Positions 16,701-25,747 are shown, counted from the first letter of the stretch. The stretch is 32,000 nucleotides of DNA from Bacteroidales bacterium (GCA_028282585.1 JANQHR010000046.1:82924-114923); one strand, 5' to 3'. Program-made: numbers and translations. Notes: generated by a model from the sequence alone, not told the origin.

Positions 16701-19700
16701 ACTCCCTGGTCACGTAAATAGTTTGCCATCTGATTAGAACGTATTGATAACTCTTTATAAGTTAATAAGCTTTTTCCATATGATATCGCTACATGATCTG
16801 GTGTATCATCTGACCGATCTTCAAATAGCTCATGTATACTCCTTGTTTGAGGATATTCGTATGTTGTCTCATTAAACCTTTCAATTAATTTACTTTTCTC
16901 ATCTGGTAAATTACACTCTATATCATACAATCGTACACTTGAATTATCTATTAAAGTTATCAGTAAATTTCTAAAATGGTTTGTAAACTGATTTATAAAA
17001 TCCTTTCTGAAAATATCTGAACAATATTCAACCGAGATTTCAATTGTATCACTTTCATTACAATATATCGTAATATCATTCTTTGCTGCCTCTTTATTAA
17101 AAATTTTAACTGGTTTAATATCTAGATTATCCGAAAGGTTTTTAAGTTCGCTACTTTCGTCAAAACCCAAATATGAAAATCCAGCTTCAAACACAGGATT
17201 ATGACTTGTGTCTCTTTCAATTTTTAAATCATTAACAAGATCATCAAACTGATAATCCTGGTTTGACATGGCCTCTATGGTTTTATCTTTTATTAAATTG
17301 AAAAAATCCAATAATGTTTGCTTTATATCTATTTGTATTCTGATAGGAAGTATATTAATAAAAATACCTATTAACTCTTCAAAGTCTTTTGATGATCTAC
17401 CGAATATGGTTGATCCAATAATTATATCTTTTTGATTCGTGTATTTATACAAAAGAATGTAATATACTGATAAGAAATATACATAAGAGGTAACACCTAT
17501 ATTCGTGCAAAATTCTTTAATTTTAGTCGTTAAAACCGAATCAAGCTCAACAACAATCAAATCGCTATTAGTACTCTGCAACACCGGTCTACTAAAATCT
17601 ACAGGTAAATTTAAAATCGGTAAATTTCCATTTAAAAGATTTAACCAATACTTTTTTTGAGATTCAAATTCTTCAAGTTTGTTTCTATTTTCCTGCCAAA
17701 TACCGAATTCTTTATATTGAATATTAATTGGCTTAAAACTGGTAGAATTGCTTTGATACGTATCGAATAATTGATTTATAAATAAACGACAAGAATAAGC
17801 ATCAGCAATAATATGATGAATATCGATAAAAAGTAAATGATCATCATCACTTATTTTAAATACTTTAATTCTAAACAAAGGTGCTTTACTTAAATCAAAT
17901 GGTAAAATTGAATTTTCAAAAATATCCTCCAATTCATTATTATCAATTTTAGTAACATTTAATTTATCGAATAATATTTCTTCTGGATCGTGGACAATTT
18001 GCACAGCATCTCCTTTAATAATCTTAAATGATGTTCGTAAAGATTCGTACCTTTTTATTAATAACTCAATTGAACATTGTAATCTTTCAGTATAAAATTC
18101 TCCTTTAATTCTATAGCAGTGAGGTAAATTAAAACTAATAGTACGGTTAGTTAAACTATCTAGTATAAATAGTCTTTTTTGAGCAGAAGAAATAGTATAG
18201 TATTCTTTCTTTTCCGACGGCAGTATATTAATTGAATTTGTTGAATCTGCAATAGAACTTCTGTTTAAGTAATCTGTAAGCTTTTTTACATTTTTATTTT
18301 TAAAGAAATCAGCGATTTTAATGTTGAAATTCAATTTTTCTCTAATGCTATTTATGATTAAAATTGCTTTTACAGAATTACCGCCAAGCTCAAAAAAATC
18401 ATCAAATACTCCTATACCTTCAAACGTTAGATGGTCTTCCCAGATTTTTACTAATTGCTCTTCAATATCGTTATTTGGAGCTACATAGTTTGTACTTAAT
18501 TCTGGTCTTGTTCGTAAATTAAGATTCTTAACACTGCTAGATGAATTAATTAATTTTGATTCAAGCTCTTTATTGTCATCTATTTTTCTCTGTTCTAAAT
18601 CTATTGTTGAAACTATAATTTGGTTGAGATTACATGCTAAGGCCCTACTAAAAATAATTTTACCTTCGCTTGGCTTAATTGCATCCTTTAAATAATAATT
18701 AACTTTCTCACTTTCTTCTTTTATTATTTTTTCAGGAGATACATAATTAATAAAATCACTACTTGTATAATTAGATAGTTCACCTGAATCTGTCGATTTT
18801 ATTTCTGAATTGCTAATATCAAGCAGGTTATAACCTTCCACCTTAAGTATAGTGCCCGAATCGTCTGATAATACAAAATCATAGTTTATAAAATCCTCAT
18901 TCTCACTTTTATTTAAGCGAACTAAACTACAAAAGTTCTTTGTAAGTGGTTTAATAATAGTAATCTTATGATAATAGGCAGGTAAAAAAGCTCCTTTACT
19001 TAGTATTGGAGATAAAGCTACATCTACTAAACCGGGATGCAAAGAATATTCTTTCAAATCTTCTAATGATTCCTCACCTATAATAATATCAGAAAGGCCA
19101 ATATTTTCTCCTACTTTAATTTTCACATTATTATTTCGCCATCTTTTACCAAATCTTAGATATTCGTTTTCATGTAAATTATTTTCAAGTGCTTTAGTTG
19201 GTTTCAATTCCTGATTTTTAAAATAATCTATGTTTTCCTGAATATTTAATTTGGCTTCTAAAATTGAAACCTGACCTTTACAATGTTCTATCCAACTATC
19301 TTCATCTTCGTAATAGCTAAGAATTTTAAAGTCAAGCAAATCTCCTTTTTGGGTAATAATTGTATGGATTTCTTTATTTTCATCCTTTTCAAACACCATA
19401 GCTCTTAAAATATGTAAAGCTCTTATCTCTACAGAATCATTTTTGGGATATAAAAATTGTACGGCAGCATATAACATTTGCAGATATCCGGTACCAGGCA
19501 TTGTTGCTTTATCTAGTATTCTGTGTTCGTTTACTATCCAATCATTTTCAGAATGTATATAGCTAATCAGTATACTTTCATTTTCATTTGAAATATATTT
19601 TCTGAAAAGAAAGTGATCAATTTTCCTTTTAATGAAGCTATTTTCATTAAAAGGATTAGAAAGTTGTTTTAATGTTTTTACCGCACCGCCTACCTCTTGC

Positions 19701-22700
19701 CATGCATCCCAATTAATACTTATATACTTTGTATTTTGAGTATTTTTGTAATATGCAAAAGCATCTAAAAAAGCATTTGCTGCAGTATAATCAATTGTTC
19801 CTACATTTGGGTAAATTGCATTTAATGAAGAAAACAGTAAAACAAAATCTAAATCTAATTTAAGTTCTTCAATTATTCTATTTATTACTAAAGTTCCATA
19901 CAGTTTTGTGGTAAAGACTTCTTCAACTTTTTGTGTTGTTTTAAGTTGAATTAATCCTCCTCCGGGTAAGCCAGCACAATGTATTATTCCATCAATTCTA
20001 CCAAACTTTTTGATTCCATTTCTCACAATATTATTAACACTATTATAATTAGAAATATCTGAATTACATATTATAGTGTCATGCCCAAAGGACTTTATAA
20101 ATTTCAGCTTGTTAATTTTCTCAACTATTTGATCGGAGTTTGGTTTATTTAACAATTTATCCCATTCACTTTCATCAGGAAACTTTGATCTGCTCACTAA
20201 TATTAAATTCGCACTAACATTTTTTGCCAAATATTCAGCAATTTCTAATCCCAATCCACCTAATGCACCTGTAATTAAGTAAGCACCATTCTTTTTCAAG
20301 TATAACTCTTTATCTTTACCTGTATTAATATTTACGCGTTCATAATTTAAAGCAAAACGATGGTTATTTTGATAACTTATAATACGATCCTTAGTGTTAA
20401 TTAAAATCTCATCTAAAATACTATTAATGAGTTGTAACTCTTCTTTTTCTCCTTCAATGTTTTGAGCAATATCAACACTTTTACATCTAAAGTTAGATAA
20501 TTCTAACGGTATTGTTCTAATTGCACCAAGTAATGTTGCCTTTTCCGGATATTGAATCTGGCTACCTGAAATACTTTGCATTTGATCAGTTACAACACAG
20601 AGCTCAACTTTATTAGTTATCGAGTTATTTGCATAAGCTTTAGCAAGAAATAATAAACTATAAAATCCTAGATTTTGAGATCTTTTAACCTTTTCTATTT
20701 CTTTTAAATTGTGTTTTTCATTGGATAAGTTCCATAAATGAACAACCATTTCAGGAATAGTATTCTTATTTTTTAGATATTCAATTAATTTATTTAAATC
20801 CTTTTCGTTTCCAGGTCGAATCTCAGCCTCATTATTTTTGTTTATATTAAACTTATTACCCTCTTTAACAATTATTGTTGACTCATATATCTTATTAAAT
20901 CTATCAATAAGTCTTGAGCAAATTTTTTCATTGTTAGCAAATACTAAACAAACCTTATCTGAATTAACTTCTCCACTATCTGTGTAATTAAGAATTGTGG
21001 GTTTCCATATGGGAAAGTATGTCCAGTTATCAATACCAAGTCTTTCTTTAATATTATCGTTCACTTGCACAAGTTCGGATATATCTCTCTTTTGTAATAT
21101 ATTTTCCGCAAGAGATTCATTTATTTCAAACTTCTTTTTTGAAAATGAATATCCAGGTAATGAAATTCTTCTTCTTTCTTCACCGTGATAATACTTTTGC
21201 CAATTAATCTTTATCCCATTTAACCATAGGTATCCAATACGCGAAACGAGATAAAATACATCGGAATATTCTTGATTTTCCAGTCTAATAGTATTGAATA
21301 TTTTCTTATTTGGCACATTCTTAATAAATTGGTAGGTAATAGTACTTAATGAATTTCCTGGTCCGATTTCACAAAAAACAGGATCCTCTAATTTAGACAA
21401 CTCTTCTAATCCCTTACTAAACTGAACAGTTTTTCTTAACTGCATTACCCAATAATCAACCGAACCGGCATCCTCTATAGTAATCCATTCGCCAGTTACA
21501 TTTGATATATAAGGTATTTGGGGTGTACTTAGAACTTTAGTTTGTAGCTTTTGTTTATATTCGTTCATTATCATTTCCATATCACGAGAATGACCTGCTA
21601 CATTTATCTTAAGTCTTTGACAAATTATTCGATTTTCTTTAAGTAATTTTTCAACAAAAGAAATACTATCCACCGAACCTGAAATAATACAAGATTCTCC
21701 ATGATCAGCCGCTAAAGAAATCTGATCATTTAAATATTCTGAAAGCTTTGAACTTTCTAAAGGAATATTTAACATAACACCTTCAGGAAGTTTAGTCATT
21801 AGGTAACCTCTATAGCTTACTAAATCAAGTGCATCTTCCAGGGTTAAAACACCAGATAAACAGGCAGCTGTGTACTCACCAATACTATGGCCAATCAGAG
21901 CAGAAGGTTTTATATCCCAATCCATTAATAACTTTGCTAACGAATATTCAATTACAAAAGTAATAACCGGTGAAACATCAATATTATCAATAACAGTTTC
22001 ATTCAAAAATTCTTCTGTTGATGGATAAATAATTTCTTTATAATTATAATCAGAAATGGTACTTAGTATCTTGAAACAGTTATCCATTACATTTCTAAAT
22101 TCAGGTTCTGTTTTATAAAGCCCCAGCCCCATATTAATATATTGAGAACCCTGGCCTGAAAACATAAAGACAATAGGAGAATTACTGTTTTGACATATTT
22201 TCTTTATAAATCCCTTTTCCTCTACTTTATTTAATTTGCCCAATGCATCGTCAATATCAGAACAAATAAGGTATGCTCTATGATCAAATTCTTTTCTTCC
22301 AACACTTAAAGTATATGAAATATCTGATAAATTAATGTCACAATTATTTTGTAGAAATTCCGTTAATTTTTTGATATTTTCTTTTAAAGATTCTTCGTTA
22401 TTAGCCGAAACCAGTAATAACTTATACTCCTTTTCTTGTTTGCTATATTTTAATTCAGGCGCTTCCTCTATAATTACATGGGCGTTTGTACCTCCTATTC
22501 CAAATGAGCTAACTCCTGCGCGTAAAGGATATTCATTATTAGTCCATTCCTTCAAATTTCGATTTATATAAAATGGAGAATCCTCTATACCTAAACTGGG
22601 ATTAGGTTCTTCGAAGTTTATACTTGGCGGTATCATTCTATGTTTTAACGAAAGAATTCCTTTAATAAAACTTCCTACTCCCGATGCGGTGCCCATATGG

Positions 22701-23767
22701 CCTACATTTGCTTTTAGCGACCCTATTCCGCAAAAGGACTTCTTTGAGCTATTAAACGCTTTTTTTAAAGCTTCAATCTCAACGGGATCTCCCAACTTAG
22801 TTCCTGTTCCATGAGCTTCAATATATCCAACACTTTCAGAAGGAACTTCTGCCATCTTTAATGCAGCTTCAATTACAGATTTCTGCCCCTTAACACTTGG
22901 AGCTGTATATCCAACCTTTTGATTTCCATCATTATTAACCGAGGAACCTTTAATAATAGCATAGATATTATCACGATCTTTTATTGCATGATTTAATTTC
23001 TTTAATACAACCAAACCTACACCCTCGCCTACTGCAATACCACTTGCATTTTTATCAAAAGCTCTACAATGTCCATCCTTAGATAACACCATTCCCTCTT
23101 TATAGACATAGCCCTTTGATTCTAAAATATTTAAATTAACACCACCAGCAACAGCCATATCACATTCTCCGGTCAACAAAGCCCTGCATGCCAAATGTAT
23201 TGCTACAAGTGAAGTAGAACATGTTGACTGTACTAAAACACTTGGTCCTTTTAAGTTTAAATTATATGAAACTCTTGTTGTTAAATAGTCCCTCTCGTTA
23301 AATAAAGAAGCAAAAAATGTATCTAAACCCAGTTCTCTTTCATTTAACATGGATATTACTTTCCATTCAAAGTCTGAGGAAGATCCGGCATATAATCCAA
23401 TAGAACCTTTATAATCCTCCGGATTATATCCTGCATCCTCTAATGCATGCCATGTAGATTCATGTAAAATCCTAGATTGAGGATTTAATGCTTGTGCCTC
23501 GTTTGGGGCGTATCCGAAAAAATCAGGATCAAAAAGATCCTTACCATCCATTATTCCTCCCTTACAATTTACATATTGACTGTCGTTTTTTACTTTTGGA
23601 TCAATATCTAGATTTTCAACCTCTCCTTTGGTTAAAAAAGTTATTGATTCAACTCCATTCTTTAAATTTTCCCAGAATTCAATCGTATTAACAGCTCCTG
23701 GAAATCTTGCTGAAATTCCGATAACAGCTATTTCAAGACCATTATATTTAGAGTTTTGTTTAGTCAT
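13721..23767 (-). CDS. Hybrid type I PKS-NRPS: KS-AT-KR-DH-CP-C-A(Gly)-T-C
   Basis: 3348-aa ORF with ATG at 23765-23767 (verified) and TAG at 13721-13723. Domain motifs are listed under the individual domain features. Confidence 0.93.
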   Translation of the reverse strand: MTKQNSKYNGLEIAVIGISARFPGAVNTIEFWENLKNGVESITFLTKGEVENLDIDPKVKNDSQYVNCKGGIMDGKDLFDPDFFGYAPNEAQALNPQSRILHESTWHALEDAGYNPEDYKGSIGLYAGSSSDFEWKVISMLNERELGLDTFFASLFNERDYLTTRVSYNLNLKGPSVLVQSTCSTSLVAIHLACRALLTGECDMAVAGGVNLNILESKGYVYKEGMVLSKDGHCRAFDKNASGIAVGEGVGLVVLKKLNHAIKDRDNIYAIIKGSSVNNDGNQKVGYTAPSVKGQKSVIEAALKMAEVPSESVGYIEAHGTGTKLGDPVEIEALKKAFNSSKKSFCGIGSLKANVGHMGTASGVGSFIKGILSLKHRMIPPSINFEEPNPSLGIEDSPFYINRNLKEWTNNEYPLRAGVSSFGIGGTNAHVIIEEAPELKYSKQEKEYKLLLVSANNEESLKENIKKLTEFLQNNCDINLSDISYTLSVGRKEFDHRAYLICSDIDDALGKLNKVEEKGFIKKICQNSNSPIVFMFSGQGSQYINMGLGLYKTEPEFRNVMDNCFKILSTISDYNYKEIIYPSTEEFLNETVIDNIDVSPVITFVIEYSLAKLLMDWDIKPSALIGHSIGEYTAACLSGVLTLEDALDLVSYRGYLMTKLPEGVMLNIPLESSKLSEYLNDQISLAADHGESCIISGSVDSISFVEKLLKENRIICQRLKINVAGHSRDMEMIMNEYKQKLQTKVLSTPQIPYISNVTGEWITIEDAGSVDYWVMQLRKTVQFSKGLEELSKLEDPVFCEIGPGNSLSTITYQFIKNVPNKKIFNTIRLENQEYSDVFYLVSRIGYLWLNGIKINWQKYYHGEERRRISLPGYSFSKKKFEINESLAENILQKRDISELVQVNDNIKERLGIDNWTYFPIWKPTILNYTDSGEVNSDKVCLVFANNEKICSRLIDRFNKIYESTIIVKEGNKFNINKNNEAEIRPGNEKDLNKLIEYLKNKNTIPEMVVHLWNLSNEKHNLKEIEKVKRSQNLGFYSLLFLAKAYANNSITNKVELCVVTDQMQSISGSQIQYPEKATLLGAIRTIPLELSNFRCKSVDIAQNIEGEKEELQLINSILDEILINTKDRIISYQNNHRFALNYERVNINTGKDKELYLKKNGAYLITGALGGLGLEIAEYLAKNVSANLILVSRSKFPDESEWDKLLNKPNSDQIVEKINKLKFIKSFGHDTIICNSDISNYNSVNNIVRNGIKKFGRIDGIIHCAGLPGGGLIQLKTTQKVEEVFTTKLYGTLVINRIIEELKLDLDFVLLFSSLNAIYPNVGTIDYTAANAFLDAFAYYKNTQNTKYISINWDAWQEVGGAVKTLKQLSNPFNENSFIKRKIDHFLFRKYISNENESILISYIHSENDWIVNEHRILDKATMPGTGYLQMLYAAVQFLYPKNDSVEIRALHILRAMVFEKDENKEIHTIITQKGDLLDFKILSYYEDEDSWIEHCKGQVSILEAKLNIQENIDYFKNQELKPTKALENNLHENEYLRFGKRWRNNNVKIKVGENIGLSDIIIGEESLEDLKEYSLHPGLVDVALSPILSKGAFLPAYYHKITIIKPLTKNFCSLVRLNKSENEDFINYDFVLSDDSGTILKVEGYNLLDISNSEIKSTDSGELSNYTSSDFINYVSPEKIIKEESEKVNYYLKDAIKPSEGKIIFSRALACNLNQIIVSTIDLEQRKIDDNKELESKLINSSSSVKNLNLRTRPELSTNYVAPNNDIEEQLVKIWEDHLTFEGIGVFDDFFELGGNSVKAILIINSIREKLNFNIKIADFFKNKNVKKLTDYLNRSSIADSTNSINILPSEKKEYYTISSAQKRLFILDSLTNRTISFNLPHCYRIKGEFYTERLQCSIELLIKRYESLRTSFKIIKGDAVQIVHDPEEILFDKLNVTKIDNNELEDIFENSILPFDLSKAPLFRIKVFKISDDDHLLFIDIHHIIADAYSCRLFINQLFDTYQSNSTSFKPINIQYKEFGIWQENRNKLEEFESQKKYWLNLLNGNLPILNLPVDFSRPVLQSTNSDLIVVELDSVLTTKIKEFCTNIGVTSYVYFLSVYYILLYKYTNQKDIIIGSTIFGRSSKDFEELIGIFINILPIRIQIDIKQTLLDFFNLIKDKTIEAMSNQDYQFDDLVNDLKIERDTSHNPVFEAGFSYLGFDESSELKNLSDNLDIKPVKIFNKEAAKNDITIYCNESDTIEISVEYCSDIFRKDFINQFTNHFRNLLITLIDNSSVRLYDIECNLPDEKSKLIERFNETTYEYPQTRSIHELFEDRSDDTPDHVAISYGKSLLTYKELSIRSNQMANYLRDQGVLPGQTIGLLSGRSLELIIGIFGILKSGCSYLPLDPSYPELRIKNIIESSGIDYLLSDNSLNKVLTDNLTVLDINYPLIHTYPGLLSFPDTTTPTDLAYIIYTTGSTGTPKGVMIEHKSLVNFVYGINKEIPFSTTDCLFSLTTISFDIFGLELFVPLLRGSRLVLGNEQEQLDGDLILRRLEEFGVTILQLTPSRLQLLLGSDRVGRSLRNLKSLLLGGEELSLQLLENVRQLTNAEIFNMYGPTETTIWSSIKNVTREKEISIGKPIVNTQLYVLDESNGLVPQGCIGELCIGGDGLARGYFQDEALSSEKFIEHPFESTGKLYKTGDLARWLPDGNLMFLGRTDYQVKIRGFRIELREIERVILGHENISECVVLCREEEGDKYLCAYYVPGSKIDQSELRNYLGGILPDYMVPGYFEELTSLPLTSNGKIDRKSLPKPEIRSGKDYVAPRSTTELQLVKIWSEILQIEEKEISINDSFFDLGGHSLKATILISRIFEEFNVKLTLSDVFINQDISKLSAVVNSSKKLEYETIKSSEKKDYYELSAAQRRLFLLYQLNKNSTSYNLPGIYSFEDELDKDLIKDIFLKLINRHESLRTSFSYYNDKLIQKITDDVNFDIEYIDLRNLNNQDFKKSSNLNQVIKNFIQPFDLNDPPLLRACIAQTESKSYLLFDLHHIISDAISNDILIEDFLSLYNKKELFPLKLQYKDYAEWANSQHNLNLDKQLNYWLNKFKDPFEILKLPVNRIKLEEPESENYLFSIDKNLHKKIREYTKGNNTTLYAFLLSVYNILLFKYTNQENFFIGTPVAGRIDNNLNNIVGFFINMLPVKSYIDTDLEYETYLNKIKNETIVDFENQDLPYDELIFHLRKSGKLSEFDLINTVFTMQYIDEGTNQINNTINAQREKNLHNKNLKYLLTLDAFGSSSRTNMLFRYASDSFNQDFISQMADHFQRIIELVINNNSIILSQINLTNNYILANSELIENHEEEFNF
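13763..15085 (-). other. C-terminal condensation (C) domain
   Basis: aa ~2895-3335. YYELSAAQRRLFLLYQL, NRHESLRTSF, HHIISDA, NYWLNKFKDP, FFIGTPVAGR, FFINMLPVK, NQDLPYDELI. The protein ends at ...ELIENHEEEFNF, the position of the C-A linker FNxT motif seen in the other modules. Confidence 0.88.
15128..15355 (-). other. Peptidyl carrier (T) domain
   Basis: aa ~2805-2880. TELQLVKIWSEILQ...FFDLGGHSLKATILI, with Ser2844. Confidence 0.9.
15383..16870 (-). other. Adenylation domain; hand-extracted code DILQLGMIWK (Gly)
   Basis: aa ~2300-2795. LTYKEL, LKSGCSYLPLD, YTTGSTGTPKG, SFDIFGLE, ILQLTPSRL, LLLGGEEL, NMYGPTETTIW, YKTGD, GRTDYQVKIRGFRIELREIE, LPDYMVP, NGKIDR. The code differs at one position from the recalled Gly code DILQLGLIWK. 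Confidence 0.85.
16913..18220 (-). other. Condensation (C) domain
   Basis: aa ~1850-2285. YYTISSAQKRLFILD, KRYESLRTSF, HHIIADA (nt 17798-17818, verified; Ala replaces the usual Gly), YWLNLLNGNLP, IIIGSTIFGRS, IFINILPIR, NQDYQFDDLV. Confidence 0.88.
18263..18505 (-). other. Carrier protein domain (PCP-like sequence, in the ACP position)
   Basis: aa ~1755-1835. IEEQLVKIWEDHL...FFELGGNSVKAILI, with Ser1798. Confidence 0.85.
18818..19615 (-). other. PKS-type dehydratase (DH) domain, located after the KR
   Basis: aa ~1385-1650. NEHRILDKATMPGTGYL is the HxxxGxxxxP motif with Asp in place of Gly (His1415). YSLHPGLVDVALS is an HPALLD-type motif (Asp1582). Confidence 0.75.
19718..21025 (-). other. 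Ketoreductase (KR) domain (structural + catalytic subdomains)
   Basis: aa ~915-1350. Rossmann motif GAYLITGALGGLGLEIAEYL and catalytic-Tyr motif IDYTAANAFLDAFA. HCAGLPGGG sits at the position of the LDD stereo-motif, so LDD is absent. Confidence 0.85.
21263..22180 (-). other. Acyltransferase (AT) domain with VAGH specificity motif
   Basis: aa ~530-835. FMFSGQGSQY, GHSIGEYTAAC (Ser628), and INVAGHSRDM at the HAFH/YASH position (V723-H726, nt 21590-21601, verified on DNA). Confidence 0.88.
22460..23746 (-). other. Ketosynthase (KS) domain
   Basis: aa ~8-436. IAVIGISARFPGA, QSTCSTSLVAIHLA (active Cys183 at nt 23219-23221, verified), EAHGTGTKLGDPVE (His319), KANVGHMGTASG (His357), SSFGIGGTNAHVIIEE. 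The Cys-His-His triad is intact. Confidence 0.93.
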
Positions 23768-23888
23768 CTTCCTCTACTTTGGATAGTAAATAAAAATACA
23801 TTTAGATCAGTATTTATATTCTAAAGTTTATGATATAAACTATTGATCGATTATAAAATCTATAACACTTAGGTTTAAGTATGTCTAA

Positions 23889-25034
23889 TTATTTAGTATT
23901 GTAATAATACTTTCTGAGTGCGTAACTGGATATTATGTTTTTTTGTATTTGTGATGTTCCTTCAATTATCTCCAATACCTTAGCTTCTCTAAATAACCTT
24001 TCAACAGGGTATTCTGAATAACATCCATTTCCTCCATGAACTTGTACAGCATCAATAGCAACATTCATTGCAATTTTTGAGGAAAAATATTTTGCAATTG
24101 TAGTTTTTATTACAGCTTCATGACCTTTATTCATTCTATTATTTGCAGCTTCAATACATAAGGCTCTTGCTGCATGGATATTTGTAGTAGCATCAGCAAT
24201 CATTCCCTGAATATGTTGAAAGGTATGTATACCTTTCCCAAATTGATTTCTATTTCTTGAATATTTCACCATTGCATCTAACGCTTCCTGTGCAATAGCA
24301 ACACCCGCCCAAGCAATACTATATCTTCCATTATCAAGCGCAGTATTAACAACAAATGAAAAGCCGCATCCTTCTTTGCTTAACAAATTCTCACGAGGTA
24401 TTTCTACATTTTTAAATTCAATTTCTGATATATGTGAAGCTTTATTAGCTAATAAACCTTTTATTGGCTTAACTTCTATCCCCTCATAATTGCGTTCAAC
24501 AATAAAAGTAGATATTCCTTTTTCTCCTCTTGCTACAACTATGAAGAAATCAGCAATTTCAGCAAAACTTATCCATTTTTTCTTTCCATTTAGAATATAT
24601 CCGGAATTAGAATCTGAATATGAACACTGAATATTTTTTGCATCCGTACCTACATTTGGTTCAGTTAAAGCAAAAGCCCCAATCTTCTCTCCTGTTGACA
24701 TCATTGGTAACCATCTCATCTTTTGTTCAATACTCCCCCATTTTAGCAAAGTTTCAGCAACTAAAGAGGTATTAACAGTTATTAATCCACGCGTATTACA
24801 ACATGCTTTACCAATTTCTTCCGTAAACAATCCATAATGAAGTGAATCTAGCTCAAGGCCACCAAAATCTCTTGGTATACTTGCAGTTAAGTATCCATTT
24901 TTAGCTAAATTAGTAATTAAATCATTTGGCAGTTTTTCCTCGTTTTCAAAAATAGTAGCAAAAGGCCTTATCTTTTTTTGAGCAAATTCTTTTACTTCTT
25001 CAATAACAGTATTTTGATCTATCAAATTATTCAT
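23889..25034 (-). CDS. Acyl-CoA/acyl-ACP dehydrogenase family flavoprotein (FkbI-like)
   Basis: The ORF track gives 389 aa from a TTG at 25056-25058. I prefer the ATG at 25032-25034 (MNNLIDQ...), preceded by AAAGAGG. ACAD-like motifs: GAFALTEPNVGTDA, WISFA, VQVHGGNGC, EAKVLEIIEGTSQIQKNII. Confidence 0.85.
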   Translation of the reverse strand: MNNLIDQNTVIEEVKEFAQKKIRPFATIFENEEKLPNDLITNLAKNGYLTASIPRDFGGLELDSLHYGLFTEEIGKACCNTRGLITVNTSLVAETLLKWGSIEQKMRWLPMMSTGEKIGAFALTEPNVGTDAKNIQCSYSDSNSGYILNGKKKWISFAEIADFFIVVARGEKGISTFIVERNYEGIEVKPIKGLLANKASHISEIEFKNVEIPRENLLSKEGCGFSFVVNTALDNGRYSIAWAGVAIAQEALDAMVKYSRNRNQFGKGIHTFQHIQGMIADATTNIHAARALCIEAANNRMNKGHEAVIKTTIAKYFSSKIAMNVAIDAVQVHGGNGCYSEYPVERLFREAKVLEIIEGTSQIQKNIISSYALRKYYYNTK

Positions 25035-25045
25035 TGCCTCTTTAG

Positions 25046-25747
25046 TTATAAACTGCAAATGGCAACGGTAAAATCGTAGACATACCCATTACTACTCAAG
25101 CTCTGCCTCACTTTTAAACCTCCATTCTCCAGTATATTAATCAGTTCCGACTCTTTCAATAGTTCTCTGTATCCTAAATTGAGTTCTGGATGCATTTCCA
25201 TAAAAACTCGTGTTAGAACAGTATCTGTAGGTACTGAGATAATTATAACACCATCTTCGGCTACATATTTTTTATGTTGCTCAATGATTGATGTTTTATC
25301 CATAAAGTGTTCAATAAGCCCAAAACTCCCTACAATATCATACTTTTGATCCAGTGATAAGTCAAAAATATCTTCACGTAAGTAAGATATATTTTTAACA
25401 ACAGTATCCTTTATCAGTGAAAAAGAATTAAACGCTTCTTCTGATTTGTCAACAAGCGTGGCCCTTCCTCCATACTGATTTAAAAGCCATCGGCTTAAAA
25501 ATCCAGTTGCGGCTCCTAACTCAAGTATTTTAGGATTTGATTTTATTTTTTCTGTTGATAAAAGTTCAAGCATTAGTCTAGTAAAAGAAAACGATAATCT
25601 GAATTTGTCTTCTTTTAATAATTCTCGTATTTGAAAAAATAGCTTTTCTTTATCACAACTATTGATTAGTTCCTTATTTCTATCCTTTGAAAAAAACATG
25701 TCCCATTCGAAACCTTCTTTTGATAAATAATCTGTTGTTATATACAT
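25046..25747 (-). CDS. Class I SAM-dependent methyltransferase (in the position of FkbG)
   Basis: 233 aa with ATG at 25745-25747 (verified). Motif I ILELGAATGFLSRWL, acidic post-I LVDKSE, YDIVGSFGLIEHF, DGVIIISVP. Confidence 0.8.
   Translation of the reverse strand: MYITTDYLSKEGFEWDMFFSKDRNKELINSCDKEKLFFQIRELLKEDKFRLSFSFTRLMLELLSTEKIKSNPKILELGAATGFLSRWLLNQYGGRATLVDKSEEAFNSFSLIKDTVVKNISYLREDIFDLSLDQKYDIVGSFGLIEHFMDKTSIIEQHKKYVAEDGVIIISVPTDTVLTRVFMEMHPELNLGYRELLKESELINILENGGLKVRQSLSSNGYVYDFTVAICSL

Noticed and set aside
23825-23841. Inverted repeat AGTTTAT-gat-ATAAACT in the 121-bp gap upstream of the PKS-NRPS, considered as a terminator or operator.
   Set aside because: The 7-bp stem is almost entirely A/T, has a 3-nt loop and lacks a flanking U-tract, so it would be thermodynamically weak and could easily arise by chance.
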